From an uncultured Phycisphaerales bacterium (GTDB lineage: Bacteria; Planctomycetota; Phycisphaerae; Tepidisphaerales; Tepidisphaeraceae), in assembly GCA_963844715.1 (NCBI GenBank), contig CAWJPJ010000008.1, forward strand, positions 288,001 through 352,000: a stretch of DNA of 64,000 bases. The letters are read 5' to 3'. The translations under genes and the position numbers were made by a program. This document shows, one piece after another, positions 63,672-64,000 of this stretch. Within the stretch, counting starts at the first letter, position 1. Every line of letters begins with the position of its first letter. The notes under the pieces are model-generated. The model saw only the letters and a list, made by a program, of their open reading frames with translations, was not told the DNA's origin and searched no databases.

Positions 63672-64000
63672 ATGCGGCAACTCTATACTGACAAACTCGC
63701 CGGCATTCGCCACTGGGCAGGTGGCTCGCGGCAATGGATGCATACCTTCTTGGAGGATGCTCCGTCGCGCCCGGAGGTCTTGGCCCTTGTCGCAATGGGT
63801 TCGGCAGTCCGAGATCGCGGGCACGGCCGTTCTGACTTCGATATTCTAATTGTTTATCGCGGTATTCGCCCGACTATCGAGGCGCCGATGGAAGTCGACC
63901 TTCGTTTTGCTCGGTACGAGGAGTTGAACGACCTGGTTGCCAAAGGCAACGAAATTGTCTGCTGGGCGATGAAGTTTGGGATTGGTCTTTACGACCCCGA
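63672..64000 (+). CDS. minimal nucleotidyltransferase (MNT), runs off the window
   Basis: Manual translation ...VLALVAMGSAVRDRGHGRSDFDILIVY...EVDL gives the GS-x-DxD Pol-beta-type motif. Confidence 0.8.
   Translation, partial: MRQLYTDKLAGIRHWAGGSRQWMHTFLEDAPSRPEVLALVAMGSAVRDRGHGRSDFDILIVYRGIRPTIEAPMEVDLRFARYEELNDLVAKGNEIVCWAMKFGIGLYDP

Overview
GC-rich bacterial chromosomal window, most likely Planctomycetota (Phycisphaerae/Tepidisphaerales-like). That assignment is inferred from the LExRxLL-type extracellular N-terminal motif and the ATQP/TTAP linker motifs. The housekeeping backbone is valS (partial), a DHH phosphoesterase, rpe, pgk, hisI, trkH-like, queD-like, gyrB, tag, acnA, icd-like, tyrA, ybaB, dnaX, comEC and gyrA. 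It is interspersed with surface-glycosylation genes (three paralogous membrane proteins, two GT-C-like genes, two DegT aminotransferases, GT2, DedA/VTT, GT41), a large GH28/Ig-repeat exoenzyme and four toxin-antitoxin pairs (MazEF, HigBA, RelBE, HEPN-MNT). Many genes, including essential ones, carry single-base frameshifts that most likely are sequencing or assembly errors. The most notable observations are: a c-di-AMP (ydaO) riboswitch with a ~110-nt insertion upstream of an unknown 73-aa protein; a compact solo PglX-like methyltransferase with no BREX genes nearby; a pair of inverted, co-varying hairpin elements upstream of gyrA; a dispersed structured ~200-bp repeat; an A9 slippage site in dnaX; REP-like palindromes inserted in frame in coding sequences; several families of inverted 7-9-mer tandem repeats; and a widespread leaderless-gene signature. 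No rRNA, tRNA, CRISPR array, transposase or integrase was seen. All calls come from motif recognition by eye; no database searches were run.
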